Part shown: in pieces, positions 25,168 through 38,800 of the stretch
Position numbering within the stretch: the stretch's first letter is position 1
How the letters are laid out: each line of letters begins with the position of its first letter
DNA from: Octopus sinensis
Lineage: Eukaryota
NCBI RefSeq assembly: GCF_006345805.1
Contig: NC_043011.1
Coordinates: 55,378,464 to 55,442,463, forward strand
DNA: 64,000 nucleotides
Direction of reading: 5' to 3'
Position numbers and translations under genes: made by a program
The notes under the pieces: generated by a model
Seen by the model: the letters and a program-made list of their open reading frames with translations, nothing else
Databases searched by the model: none
What the model was told of the DNA's origin: nothing

Positions 25168-25358
25168 TACACACACACAGACACACACTCAAACACACAA
25201 AGACACTCACTCAAACACACACACACACACAAAGACACTCACTCAAACACACACACACACACTCAAACACACACACTCAAACACACGCACACACACACCC
25301 AAATACACTCAAACACACACAGACACACACACACACTCAAACACACACACACACACAG
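25168..25358. repeat. (CA)n-based minisatellite with ACTCAAAC spacers
   Basis: Direct inspection; it follows a (TA)n tract at ~24977-25050. Confidence 0.9.
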
Positions 25359-28300
25359 GGTTTCTATTTAAGATAATGTCTATAAAGGTGGGTATTAAAT
25401 CATTAGGAATTCGAGTGTGTGTGTGTGTATGTGTGTGTATACAGGTGTGTCAGCGGGTGGACGTGTCGATTTCCGTGCAAAAAGTATTGTTATACAATAC
25501 CTGCACGTTTCGAGGTTAGAGTAAATCTGGCCATTAATATTCGGTTGTGTTAGTGAGAAGGCGAAATATGTGTCTGGTGGGAGAGAGGAGATCAGAGAAA
25601 GAAACTGTGAGATCGGAGTTGTAGTAATATTTTTTGCCTTATATGGCTTTGTGATGAAGAAAGCTCCATGAGAGGTGAGCGGCGGCAAGAGAAGCAACAT
25701 TGTTATACGAGGCAATAACTGTCGTAGAGAAAATCTTCTTCATCAACATATAAACTGCTGCATTACGTCATATCGAATGAACATCCGCGGTTTGTGATGT
25801 GAGGACGGATAAAAAAGCAAGAGAGAAGATATTAAACGGAGCTTTAATGTTTGTATCAAGCAGTGGTTGTCAATGGAGAGAAGCGACGACAGGAGACATC
25901 GACGACACACAAGGAGTGAAAAAGTGGGACAAGAAGAAATAAAGGACTTCCCTTCGATCTCTGAGAAAGAAACAGAAAATAAAAACCTGAAAAGCATGTT
26001 TGTTGTAATCAGCTAGAAATTTAGTTTCAATTTTTTAAAAATTGTATTATATATATATATATATTATTAATAACAATAATAATGATTTCTTTAATTAGCC
26101 ACAGTGACATAGATGAGGGGGACATCACAAGGATAGTAAACAATTTGTGTGATGCTCTAATTATTACTTAATTGTCATGCCCTGACCAGGTGCCCTAATT
26201 ATATTCATTTGTCTGAAGCAAAAAAAAAAAAAATTGGTCTTTTCTTTTTCGATAATTTTAAAAATTCTCCAAAGTAGCTATGTGATAGGAAATTAAATTT
26301 CTGTCTACAATAAAGGTTAACATATGGTGTAATGTGTTGGTAAATAATGACGACGACGATGATATCGAGGGGTTTGACTGCTCCCTTGTTTTATCGACCC
26401 CAGAAGGGTCCACCACCACTCAACCTCCGAATAATATTGTGTTGATCTACTTGTTATAATAAACAGTAACCTAATCTCTCTCTCTCTTTCTCTCAAAATT
26501 ACACCCTACCTCAAAAAGCCTGAGACGTGTTTGACTGAAGATTAAATTAAACTGCCGTGATTGAATGACAGGCATTTTTTTTTTGCTGTTCACTCAACCG
26601 GAGCTGACCTGAACTAAATAACTATAATATTGGTTTCAAATTTTGACCCAAGGCCCCGGCAAGTTCGCAAGAGGGTTTAAGTCGATTACATCAACTCCAG
26701 TACTCAACAACTGGTACTTGTTTTATCGATTCCCAAAAGAGGTGGAAAGGCTAAGTCGGCTTCGGTTGTAATATGATACGAGAGCTTAACCTTTTCGTCA
26801 CCATATTTCTGTTGAAATACACCGCCTTTCCTTGTATCAATTAATTTTGAAAATGAGGATGAATTTATTAAACAATTTTGCTACATTAAGCTGGTGTGTG
26901 GAAAAGGGAAGGGTCTTTTCACTTTGACCGGCAGATTTTTAAAATAATTTCTTTGTAACTAAACACTTTTAAACTTCGTATATTAGTAGTGTGTTATATA
27001 AAACATCTTTTTGTCTTGGCTTTCTTGAGAAAATTCTGTAGTTTGTAAGCTATTTGTTGTTCAATTTCTTGCATTTCGGCAATTTCAACCAATCAATGAC
27101 GTCTATTGGGGTGAATACAATATCTGCTGTATTTTGATCAAAGGTTTTGAGATCACTGTAGACGAGAAACTTGTATCATAGAGCCAGAGAGAGTCTCAAT
27201 CAGCCTGTTATCAAAAAGATTGAAGTTGATTCTGATGTGTTTATACTCTTTAAGTACGGATCTCAAGATATCTTTCGTATAAAATAAGTCTTAGGTTTAA
27301 AGGTGAGTTTAATCTGTAAGATGAGTGTGCTTATTCCTAGATCTATATTGCTTAATGTTCTTGGATGCCTCATCAAGAATATTTCTGGGGTCTCAGGGAA
27401 GGATTTAAGGTCTTTCGATTTCAGACCACCACCCCACCCTTCTTCGCACACTTGGCCCAACCAGGGTTGATCAAATCCCCATTTGCATTGCAATAGCAGC
27501 AGACCATCACTCTACTCTATCCAATTCATGCAATGGGTCAGATGGAATATGTTGGGGTAGAATTCCTTTTTACGGCTAGATGCTGTTTCTGAATCTGTAG
27601 AGAAGTGCCAAACCACTAAGTTACAGGGATGTAAACACACCAACACCAGTTGTCAAGTGGTGGTGGTGGACAAATACAGATATTATATATATATATATTT
27701 ACATATGGCTGTTTATATACACATTGTATTCACACACACAAGTGTATATACACACACACATGCATCATCATCATCATCATTGTTTAGCGTCCGCTTTCCA
27801 TGCTAGCATGGGTTGGACAGTTCAACTGGGGTCTGAGAAGCCAGTAGGCTGCACCAGGCCCAGTCTGATCTGGCAGTGTTTCTACAGCTGGATGCCCTTC
27901 CTAACGCCAACCACTCCGTGAGTGTAGTGGGTGCTTTTTACGTGCCATGTATATACATTTGTGTATGTGTGTGTGAATGTATGTGAATAAATGTGTATGT
28001 GAGAGAGAGAGTGTGTGTGTGCATGTGTGTGTTTGGGTTATCCCAGTGCACTCCAGTGAAGGATATAAACAGTATTGGGAATCTAAGAACGAAGGCGAAA
28101 CAAAACCTTGTCCCTCCCATATCACTGACATCATCAGAAATGTAATGAAACTGTGACCGACCGGCTGCAAACCTGTAATGTTGTTGTTGCTATTGTAATT
28201 GTTGTTGTTATGATTGTTGTACACAAAAATGCAATCTAAAATAACTAAAGATACAAACAAGATGGTTAGCTTCTCAAATTTAAATAAGGAGTCACCAATA

Positions 28301-30014
28301 ATCGAATAGCAAATCAAGGTGGATGCCAGTGTAGTATCAGGTGACATTGGTATGTCTACAGACTATTACGTTACAAGTAATAGTTTTAGCCAAGTTATTA
28401 GAGCATCCGGCAAAAGATCTGAGGTATTTAGTTATGTTCCGGGATCAAATCTTGCTGGGGTCAGTTATCCCTTTCGCCCTTTGCAAGTCAATAAAATAAC
28501 CACCAAGGTTTGAAGATGATTTAATATTCCTATAAAACATTAGTTACACAACTGGTCCCTGTGTGAGTGGAATGCAAAAGCACCCATTACGCTATCAGAG
28601 TGGAGTGTGTTAGGATGGGCATCCACTCGTAGAAACCATGCCAGTTCAGACTGGGGCCTGGTGCAGCCCCTCACCTCACCAGCCTTGGTCAAACCCATGA
28701 CAGTATGGACAACAGGTATTAAATGATGATGGTCATCAGCATCATTAACGTGAATGAAATTATATATTTCTTTACTACCCACAAGGGGCTAAACCCAGAG
28801 GGGACAAACAAGGACAGACAAAGGGATTAAGTCGATTACATTGACCCCAGTGCATAACTGGTACTTTATTTATTGACCCCGAAAGGATGAAAGGCAAAGT
28901 TGACCTCGGCAGAATTTGAACTCAGAATGTAGCGGCAGACGAAATACCTATTTCTTTACTGCCCACAAGGAGCTAAACATAGAGGGGACAAACAAAGGGA
29001 TTAAGTCAATTACATCGACCCCAGTGCGAAACTGGTACTTTATTTATCGATCCCGAAAGGATGAAAGGCAAAGTTGACCTCAGCGGAATTTGAACTCAGA
29101 GCATAACAGCAGACGAAATACGGCTACGCATTTTGCCCGTCGTGCTAACGTTTCTGCCAGCTCACCACCTTCAAAAAGTGAATGAAATTATAATTAAAGA
29201 CTAACATCTCTAATTGTTGTTGTCAAGTCCCGAGTTAGCCCTGATCGAGCAGACCTTGGGTCAAAAACATTCCAGCAGTGACCCTCCTATCTTACTTTTC
29301 AATATTGTATATACAAGGCTACATCATACAGCTGAAAGGATTTGATGAAACATGCTCCAACCATGACCATCTCATCGGACAATGTGTAAATAGGACTACA
29401 TTATTCAAAATCACCTTGCCTTCTTTTAAGACAATAGGAAGGAGTGATTAGAGGGAGATTTGGTTGTTGTTTCTAGAGGGTTAAGTGACAGTACAGAGGC
29501 TTCCACATTGATTGGGGAACCATAATTGCTTGGAATTTACTACAAACCCCCAGTTAGCAGTTTCAATTCCCAGTTGAGATGCTTCACCTCATTTTCTTTT
29601 CTCTCCTTAGATCTGCAGTTTTTGGAACTTGTTAATACACTGAAATAGAAATGGACTCTTCCGAGTTTACTTATCCATAATATACCACATAGGAATGAAC
29701 TCTTCTGTTGCAGCAAGTATCACTGGTCGTTTTCCATGGCAACACCTTTGCAATTACGTCCGCAAAGTGTGACTGAATGCACCATTTGGTCTGGGATGTA
29801 CGACCCCTTATTCCCTCCATCCCCCATCTTTATTTCCTTTTCTTTGTTTCTTTGGTGAATGTTTTTTTCTTTTCTTCTTGTAAAAATTCCACCGAGGTTG
29901 ACTTTGCTTTTCATCCATTCAGGGTCAATAAAATAAGTACCAGTTACACACTGGGGTCGATATAATCAAATTATCCCTTCCCTTGAACTTGCTGGACTTG
30001 CACCAAAATTTGAA

Positions 30015-30052
<38 letters not shown>

Positions 30053-31388
30053 CATTATTATTATCATTGAGACAAGGTGGCAGAATTGTTAGCATGTCGG
30101 ACATAATGCTATAGTCTTTAATTGTTTAGAAAGTTCCATTTCAGAATGGAGGTGTTAAAATAAACAAAAATAATGATTTTTATTCCATTTTATCTTTTTA
30201 TTTAAAAGTGGGTGAACTGACAGAGATGTCAGAGAATCAGAAAAAGGTTTTTCAGTATCTATTCTGGCTCTTTTCTTTCTGTGTTCAAACCCCACCAGGA
30301 TCAACTTTATCCTTCATTACCCTGGGGTCAATAGAATAAAGTTCCCCCTTCCCTCAAAATTGCTGGCCCAAATAAAAAACCATTATTTTTCATCCTTTTT
30401 GAGGGGTGTGGGAAGGGGTCGGGAGGAAGGGGGTTGCTTAGGAGGAAAGAGTTTTGTGTCTATGATTTTCACAGACAGATGAAACTGAAAGGGGTAAAGT
30501 TTTCCTTGCACAGTTACAAATTGACAACTGAAGGAAAAACATAGGTAGAGAGGGAATTTCAAGGGGCCAATATTGGGGTGAGGAAAGAATGAGTTTAGAG
30601 GTTAGTGTGGAGCCAAGAATGAGAGAAGGAAATAAGAGCGAGTCAGGTGGGTTTAAGTGGAGATTGTCCAAGCTTAATCAACTCCAACAATTAGAGGGTC
30701 ATTAATTGCAGAAAAAACAGAGAAAGAAGACAGCATGTTTGTAGACCAGTTAATCAGTTGGATAGCCTTCTTTGGAAGGCGTCGAGCTGGCAGAAACGTT
30801 AGCACGCCAGGTGAAATGCGTAGCCGTATTTCATCTGCCGTTATGTTCTGAGTTCAAATTCCACCGAGGTCGACTTTGTCTTTCATCCTTTCGGGGTCGA
30901 TAAATTAAGTACCAGTTACACACTAGGGTCGATATAATGAACTTAATTCGTTTGTCTGTCCTTGTTTGTCCTCTCTGTGTTTAGCCCCTTGTGGGTAGTA
31001 AAGAAATAGGATGGCCTTTTTTGGAATGTCGTCTGGATTAGATATTTGCATGTATTGCAGCAACATCAGTGAAAATGGTGAAGCTATATTCTATTGTTGG
31101 TCTAAGTTGAGTTTTGCAGAGTCTAAGAGGAGTAAAAGTATCTTTGGTTGCTTCAAGACTGAAAAAAATTGCAAAAGTAAAAAAATGGATCAACTTTTAA
31201 TACATTTAAAAAATTTTTTTAATTTTTAATCCATTAAAATAATTGCTTTACAAACTATATGTGGCTTAAAATTGAATTTCTGTTATGCAATTATTTTATA
31301 TCACAACAGAGCCTGGTGCAGCCTCCTGGCTTGCCAGACCCCTGTCGAACCGTCCAACCCATGCTAGCATGGAGAACGGACGTTAAAC

Positions 31389-31428
<40 letters not shown>

Positions 31429-31646
31429 TTGATGATGATGGTGATGATGATGATGATGATATTTATCTACATGTTATGACAGAGGTTTAGAAAACATAAT
31501 CTAAGTTTTGACAGATAAATATCTTAACATAATGTTGTTTATAATATATTTACACTGCTGGAAGAAGTCAGTACAACAGTGATTTATTTATACTTACAGG
31601 CATGAATACAGTATTAGATATAAACATACACATATACAATTGCATA

Positions 31647-31694
<48 letters not shown>

Positions 31695-31739
31695 ATACAC
31701 ATACAACTACATAAATATATAATTATATAAACATATACT

Positions 31740-32760
31740 GCTGAAACTGAGTAGCAGTGGTCAGGGTAGCAGTTAACTCTGTGACAGATTGCTGTCCTTA
31801 TAGAAGCTTTATGAAGTAAAGATACTTTAAGTAAGAACTGCCTATGAAGCCATTTTGGCCCCTAAAAAGGATGACACTGAAGCCATCTCTAGAGCCTGGA
31901 ATGGAGCACACCCTAGACAGGCATAGGAAATGACTGGTTCACACTCTTAATTCCCTGGGATTTAGGCTACCATAGAGACCAACTATATCGTTGTAGGTAA
32001 ACTTCTTAGATATAACACTCAACACAGCCCTCTATAGTGTTTAAAAACCTTGTAAAGGGTATCAGTAAGAGGATTTCAAACCTCAACTAAAGATGTTTTT
32101 GACATAATGGATCCCTATTACAATGAGGCTCTAGTAGCCAGTAGGTTTAAGGATCACATCGCTTGTATGTGTGGCCCTAATACCCACAAGAGAAAGTGCA
32201 GCCTCTGGTTTTCCCCACCTTTCTCACTCAACAGGAAAAACTTGTATGGCAAGGGCTTTCCTTAGATTTGTAGATAAACATTTCATACAGTCCCATAGGT
32301 ATAAGAGATTATTCAATAGGCATAACCTAAAGGTCTTGCTTAGCTGTGTGCCTGGTGTAAAAAAAAAAAATAAATAACAGTAAATGTTCCAAAGCTCTGT
32401 GCAGAGACAGGATGTTCATGTAGGGTTAGCAGGTCTATGAAGCAGATTTGTGGGACAAACTCACAGAAATAAGTTGATGCAACGAAGGGCCCCTATTAGG
32501 CCAGGTTAAATAATCACAGATTCCCTGTTAGAATTCAAGAGAAATACAATGTTGCAACATTAGCTAGCTATATACGGTGATTCAAAGAGAAAAGAATACC
32601 AACAAAAATCAACTGGAAATGGCTGGAACAGCCTGAGCTATGCCTGAATGGAAGTGGATGTTGCAAGTTTTGCTTAATTGACAAAAGAATCATTCTAAAA
32701 ACTTTACACAATCCAGGTGTCTTCCAGAATTCAAAAATGTAAAACATATTGTTGCTGCAT
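31740..32760 (+). mobile_element. Penelope-like element remnant
   Basis: DPYYNEALVASRFKD..WFSPPFSLN..ARAFLRFVDKHF..LFNRHNLK and C-terminal NGSGCCKFCLIDK. Same family as 17690-18990. Confidence 0.8.
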
Positions 32761-32886
32761 TCATGCTGGATAATTTGTTTTCGCTACATAGTCATCACCT
32801 TTCTTTTGGATGAGGGAATGAAAAACATATTTCGTTTTTGGATTTGGTTTGCAAGATTCTTTATATGAGTTCGTGTGTTGAAGCAT

Positions 32887-33470
32887 ATTCTGTTGTGTCT
32901 GGGGAAAGTCATTTTCTTTTTGTACATTATAATATAACACACTCACCGGTAAAATTTCCATTTTTTTACTTATTTTTATTGTCCTAAAATTTTTGTTGCA
33001 TTTTGCAACCTTTTCAATAGTTTTGACTCTGTCCATTATTTACACTGCGTTCCCTTTTGTTTGTTTGTGTGCATGTGTGTGTACCTATACATGCATGTAC
33101 TATGTGTATGCATATGTATGTGCGTGCATCTGTATGTATGTGCGTGCATCAGCATATTTATGTACTTGCCTGTCAGTTGTTTGTGTATTTTCTATGTATG
33201 TGTGTGTGAGCATGTGTTTGTATATGTATGCACCTCTGTCTCCTTGTGTGTAAATATGTGTGTGTGTGTTATGCAACTATGGACCATGTTTGTATGTATG
33301 GATGTGCATCTTTATATGTGTGGATCCGTGTCTCCATATATGTCTGGTTGCAAGATGCAACGAAAATTTTAGGAAAATAAAAATAAGAAAAGAAAGTGGA
33401 AATTTTACAGGTGAGTGTGTTATATTATAAGGCACAAAAAGAAAATGACTCTCCCCAGACACAACAGAAT
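32887..33470. mobile_element. Inverted-arm element (~124-bp arms around a TG-rich spacer)
   Basis: Arms 32887-33010 and 33346-33470 (CACTCACCGGTAAAATTTCC core). The same sequence forms a compact inverted pair at ~57490-57790. Confidence 0.7.
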
Positions 33471-35061
33471 GAAAAGCATGTTCAGCCGATTCCTTTCATG
33501 CACAGACGACATTGTACCATGGGACGCAACTCTTCTTTCCTTCAGAAAATATTCTTTTTATTCATTTTTCAGTTCTTATTTCTTTATTGCCCACAAGGGG
33601 CTGGGGGCAAACAAGGACAGACAAAGGGACTAAGTCGATTACATCCACCCCAGTGCGTAACTGGTACTTAATTTATCGACCCCGAAAGGATGAAAGGCAA
33701 AGTCGACCTCGGCGGAATTTGAACTCAGAACGTAACAGCAGACGACATCCGTTTGTCTGTCCTTGTTTGTCCCCACTGTGTTTAGCCCCTTGTGGGTAGT
33801 AAAGAAATAGGTATTTCGTCTGCTGCTATGTTCGGAATTCAAATTCCGCTGAGGTCGACTTTGGCTTTCATCCTTTCGGGGTCGATAAGTAAGTACCTGT
33901 CATGCACTGGGGTCGATGTAATCGACTTGATCCGTCTGTCTGTCCTTGTTTGTCCCCCCGTGTAGTAAAGAAATAGGTATATGTATGACAGGCTTCCATA
34001 CAGTTTCCATCACCAAATTCGTTCGCAAGGCATTGATCAACCCAAGGCTACAGTAGCTCAAAGTGTCATGCAGTTGGATTGAACCCAAGTCACATAGTTT
34101 CAAGGCAAGGAAAAATTAGTCAATAGACTATATATTATTCATAGAAAGATAGGGTAAACGTTTTTATTTCTCTTTCCATTTCAGAATTACCACTATTAGT
34201 GGTTTGGAGTTTAACTGCTCTTTCTAGTGAATCAGATGTCCTATTATGATCGTCTCTTATGTGTTTAAATGTACACTGTATTTATATATATATATACACA
34301 CACTCTCATGTGCTATAAACACTAAAACACATGCATATATATATACATACATGCATAAGTATATTTATGTGCATATTATGCAACAACCAACACACGTGCA
34401 TCTGCATCCGAACCTGTTTTGGTTTTATTGATTTTTCTCTCTGTTTGGCTTTCTTTGATAATTCTATAGAAAACACTGAATTAATAAATTATAATATACT
34501 TACTGACTCAACGTAACGTTGGTCGCTTAGCACTGCTTTGTTGACTCATTATGGTTGTCGTGAGTCACAATTAACAGTGGATCAGGAAGAGCTGAATATT
34601 GCAAACATCACTGCATGGTTAAGAAGCAGTCACTGCAACAACTGTAGATCTAGGTTCAATCCTTACTCTGTGCTACTTTGGCAGCTGACAGGTAGGCCAC
34701 ACCTGTCAATAGACCAAAAGCCTTTAATGGAATTTGGTAATCGGAAACTGTGAAGAAGCCCATTGTGTATTCCAACCCTCTCTAACTTGAGTTCAAGTTC
34801 TGTCGAAGTCAGCTTTGACTTTCAGGGGCTGATAAAATCAATTACAAGTTCAAGGCAATGGACTTGCAGAATTATTCCAACTCTGGGGTTGTATGATCTG
34901 AGATAAAACTCTGTCGCATCACCAAAAGGATGGTGAGACTTTTGTTAAGAATTATAACTGTGACACATTATCAATAATTTGAAAACATCAAAGGAAGATT
35001 TCTTTGCTTTGGTCAGATCAAATGCCACAGCTGCCACCGTGTGTGTGGTGTGTATTGTATA

Positions 35062-35425
35062 TGTGTGGAGGCGCAATGGCCCAGTGGTTAGGGCAGCGGA
35101 CTCGTGGTCGTAGGATCGCGGTTTCGATTCCCAGACCGGGCGTTGTGAATGTTTATTGAGCGAAAACACCTAAAGCTCCACGAGGCTCCGGCAGGGGATG
35201 GTGGCGATCCCTGCTGTACTCTTTCACCACAACTTTCTCTTACTTCCTGTTTCTGTATTTCAAAGGGCCAGCCTTGTCACTCTCTGTGTCATGCTGAATA
35301 TCCCCGAGAACTACGTTAAGGGTACACGTATCTGTGGAGTGCTCAGCCACTTACACGTTAATTTCACGAGCAGGCTGTTCGTTGATCAGATCAACCGGAA
35401 CCCCCGTCGTCGGAACCGACGGAGT
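35062..35425 (+). mobile_element. tRNA-derived SINE family D
   Basis: GGAGGCGCAATGGCCCAGTGGTTAGGGCAGCGGACTCGTGGTCGTAGGATCGCGGTTTCGATTCCCAG head with A/B boxes. Other copies at about 5995-6162 (-), 10850-11185 (-) and 22480-22790 (+). Confidence 0.8.
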
Positions 35426-35459
35426 GCTTCCATCCATTGTATATGTACATATACAAACA

Positions 35460-35828
35460 ATAACTCTGAGCACCTTTTCAAACTCCACCCATCTAACACC
35501 CGTGGACATGTTTACAAAGTCAGAAAACAGCACAGCTCCCATGACTTCAGGAAACATTTTTTCACGCTGAGAGTTGCTGAAGCATGGAACAAACTGCCGG
35601 CATGAGTTGTTAGTTGTCGGAGCACTGCATCCTTCAAAACTTCCATGCTTCCGGAGATTCGCCAACACTACACTTGATTTTCTCCACTTCATACACACGC
35701 AAGCATGTATCTGACTCATACACTGTTCGCTTTCCAGACATTTGTACATTACTGCATATGCTTTATATGCACTTTTAACAAGTTGTGGTGCACCTGAGCA
35801 CTGTATACAATAATTTCATTATTATTAT
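35460..35828 (+). mobile_element. CR1-like LINE 3' end
   Basis: NTRGHVYKVRKQHSSHDFRKHFFTLRVAEAWNKLP is the typical CR1-clade C-terminus, followed by a 3'UTR and an (ATT)n tail. Confidence 0.85.
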
Positions 35829-38800
35829 ATACATATATGTACACATATATGATGTAACTTATTAAATATATAAACAGGGCAAATTTAATTATTTCTCCAT
35901 AGATTGAAAAATGTAATTTTTAAAGCTTTAAGCATTCAGATTATTCTCTCAAATATAATGCTTAATTATTCACATTGCTTTGAATTAATCTTGTGTTATC
36001 TCACAGTTTCGAGATTTCAATGATGCGACTGTTTTATTTTCAAAATGGCATTATAGGATAGGTGTGAGAGGCCATCTGGCTGGTTTGAACCTAAGACAGG
36101 AAGAATATTTGGATCGAATACGGCCAGTTTATTGGGCCCTCATTTGATGAGGTTCCATCAATTTAAGCAATCCCAGAGAAACAAGTAACCAGTCTGTTTA
36201 TATAAAACAAATCCATATATCACCCCCCACCCCTTCATACATCTCTCATTTTCCCCATGCAATTCACCTGCCTCCCCCTTTCTCTTATTCTTCTCCTGTC
36301 TACAGCATCCTCTTTACTACTCTGTTCTTCCTCTTCACTATCACTCATCTCCTCCCACCACCTCTACAGTCCTCCCCTACGTTGTTCATGGTTATATCAT
36401 CGATCAACATCAATGGAAATTGTAGCTGTGATACCAGTGCCGGTGGCACGTAAGCGAACCATCCGAACGTGGCCGTTGCCAGCGCCACCCCAACGGGCCT
36501 CCGTGCCAGTGGCACGTAAAAAGCACCATTCGACCGTGGCCGTTTGCCAGCCCCATCTGGCACGTAAAAAGCACCCACTAAACTCACGGAGTGGTTGGCG
36601 TTAGGAAGGGCATCCAGCTGTAGAAACATTGCCAGATCAGACTGGGCCTGGTGCAGCCTTCTGGCTTCCCAGACCCCAGTTGAACCGTCCAACCCATGCT
36701 AGCATGGAAAGCGGACGCTAAACGATGATGATGATAATGATGTCTGCCTCTACGAAATAATTAACCAGAACTTAAGAGAAAGAAAACTAATTTTCTAACA
36801 TTTATTCTTTCATTTCATAAATGTGATATAAATCGAGTGAAATGGCAATGAAAACCTTTGTTGTGGATTTTATCCATCATTCAATGCCTACTTTTTTTCC
36901 ATGCTTGCATGGATCAGATAAAATTGAGGCAGATTTTTTGGCTGCAGCTGGAGGCCCTTCCTGCTAAGAAACCTCATATTTCCAAGCAAGGTAATATTTC
37001 CCCACAGCCAGACATGTTTTGGAACTTTGCTTCTATAACAGGGATGCTCTTTCACAACCATCACATGCTGTCTAGACAAGGGTACACACACACACACACA
37101 CACATACATTTATGACAGGCTTCGTTCAGGTTCCCTCTACCAAATCCAATCACAAGGCAACCTGGGACTATAGTAGAAAGAGCTTGACCAAGGTGCTGTA
37201 CAGTGGGACTGATCCCAAGACCTCATAATAAGGAAGCAAGCGCCTGGACCTCACAATCACATCTAAACCAGGATTCAGCAAATTAGAAACTTCTTCTTTA
37301 AGGTGTAAAGAAGCAAAATTTGAAACATTTTTTAACAATCGTTTAAGCAATTAAAAATAGAAGAAATCAAAACACATTTCCATTTTTATGAAAATAACTC
37401 ATTTTATTAATTTTTTCATCTCAATAAGACGCGGAATGTTGAGTGGAATAGATATTAAAAGGTAAAGCATTTTATTTATAAAGAAGAAATTACAAAAAAA
37501 AAAAATCTCTCTTTGAAAAGATTTCCTCAATTTTGTGCCTGTCTGTTAGTTTTACATTTGAAATATTAAATTATGTTCTTTGGTTCAACAAATGAATTTA
37601 ACTCATTACAAGAATTAAATCTGGAAAAAACTAATTTACATAAAGATAAAGATAAATATAAATTGTATGTTTTACTGCTTCACTCCAGTTTCCATCAGCT
37701 GGTGTTTCGGTCATGAGTTTTGAAACTGGTTTACGGAATGGGTTGCTTAATTAAGGTCACTATAATGAAGTATGTCTTGAATAATTTAGTCGACTATCTA
37801 CGATAGAGATTGAACCTCTGCTTCATAAGATACGAATCCGGTGTGTTACCAGCTCAGCCCTTGCATATCTATAAAGTGTTCATTCCTGAATTACTTGAGA
37901 CAACAAATATAAACCACATATATAATATATATAAACGGCCAACTCAATATGATTGAGGTCCAACAGACTTCAGAAGAAATATAAAAATAGTATTTTTTAA
38001 AGGTCAATGGAAAGCATTCCTCAGTTATTGAATTGTATTCTTTTTCAAGTAAGTTTGGGATATTTTTCCCAGTTGATGCCAAAGACAAAGTGATAAGCCA
38101 ACAACCCCTACAATATAAGGAGTCCTACATCAAACTTTGACCAATGTTTCCCAAGCATGTCACCAAAAGTCTGAAATATAAAAATAAGAACAAATATAGG
38201 CACAAGGTCTAAGATTTTATGGGAAGGGGCTAACTGATTACATCAACCCCAGTATTCAACTGGTACTTATTTCATCGACCCCCAAAAGGATGAACGCCAA
38301 AGTTGATTTTGGTGGAATTTGAACTCATGATGTAAAGACACAGGAAATGCCATTACGTATTTTGTCCATCACACCACCAATTCTGCCGGCTTGCCATCCT
38401 GGGAGAAGAAGATGATCAAACCAGATTTGGAACAGTAAAAATTTCTAAAATTTTATTCTGAACAAAAGAAAACATTTATAGAAGAGAACTTAAAATGAGA
38501 AACGTTTAGACAGTTTTTGGTACCAGGTGAAGACATATTAAATTAATGACAGGTGCAATTCATTCCCAAACACAAAGGAATGGAAATCACAGACTAATAA
38601 ACAATTAGTGATAAGGTTCAATAAAAATAATCAACAGCACAGGTCACAACATTCAGTGATGGATTTTGTTCCATCGGTAGTTTTAAACTGTTTAACACTA
38701 GTTTCATACTATCCCATAACTCACCAGTACTTTAAACAGAGTCTCTTTTAGTCTAAGGGGTCTTAACAGTCTCAGCTCCTCAGAAAAAGGTCTTTGGTTT

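Noticed and set aside
28229-28513. Plus-strand ORF MDASVVSGDIG..
   Set aside because: The 3' half is a decayed SINE-B and no homology is recognisable.
32600-32680. Ankyrin-like GWNSLSYA
   Set aside because: Another frame gives the Penelope C-terminal W..LEQ..NGSGCCKFCL motif, continuous with the upstream PLE.
35062-35135. tRNA gene
   Set aside because: The tRNA-like head continues directly into SINE body sequence and is multicopy. No standalone tRNA, rRNA or CRISPR array was seen in the window.
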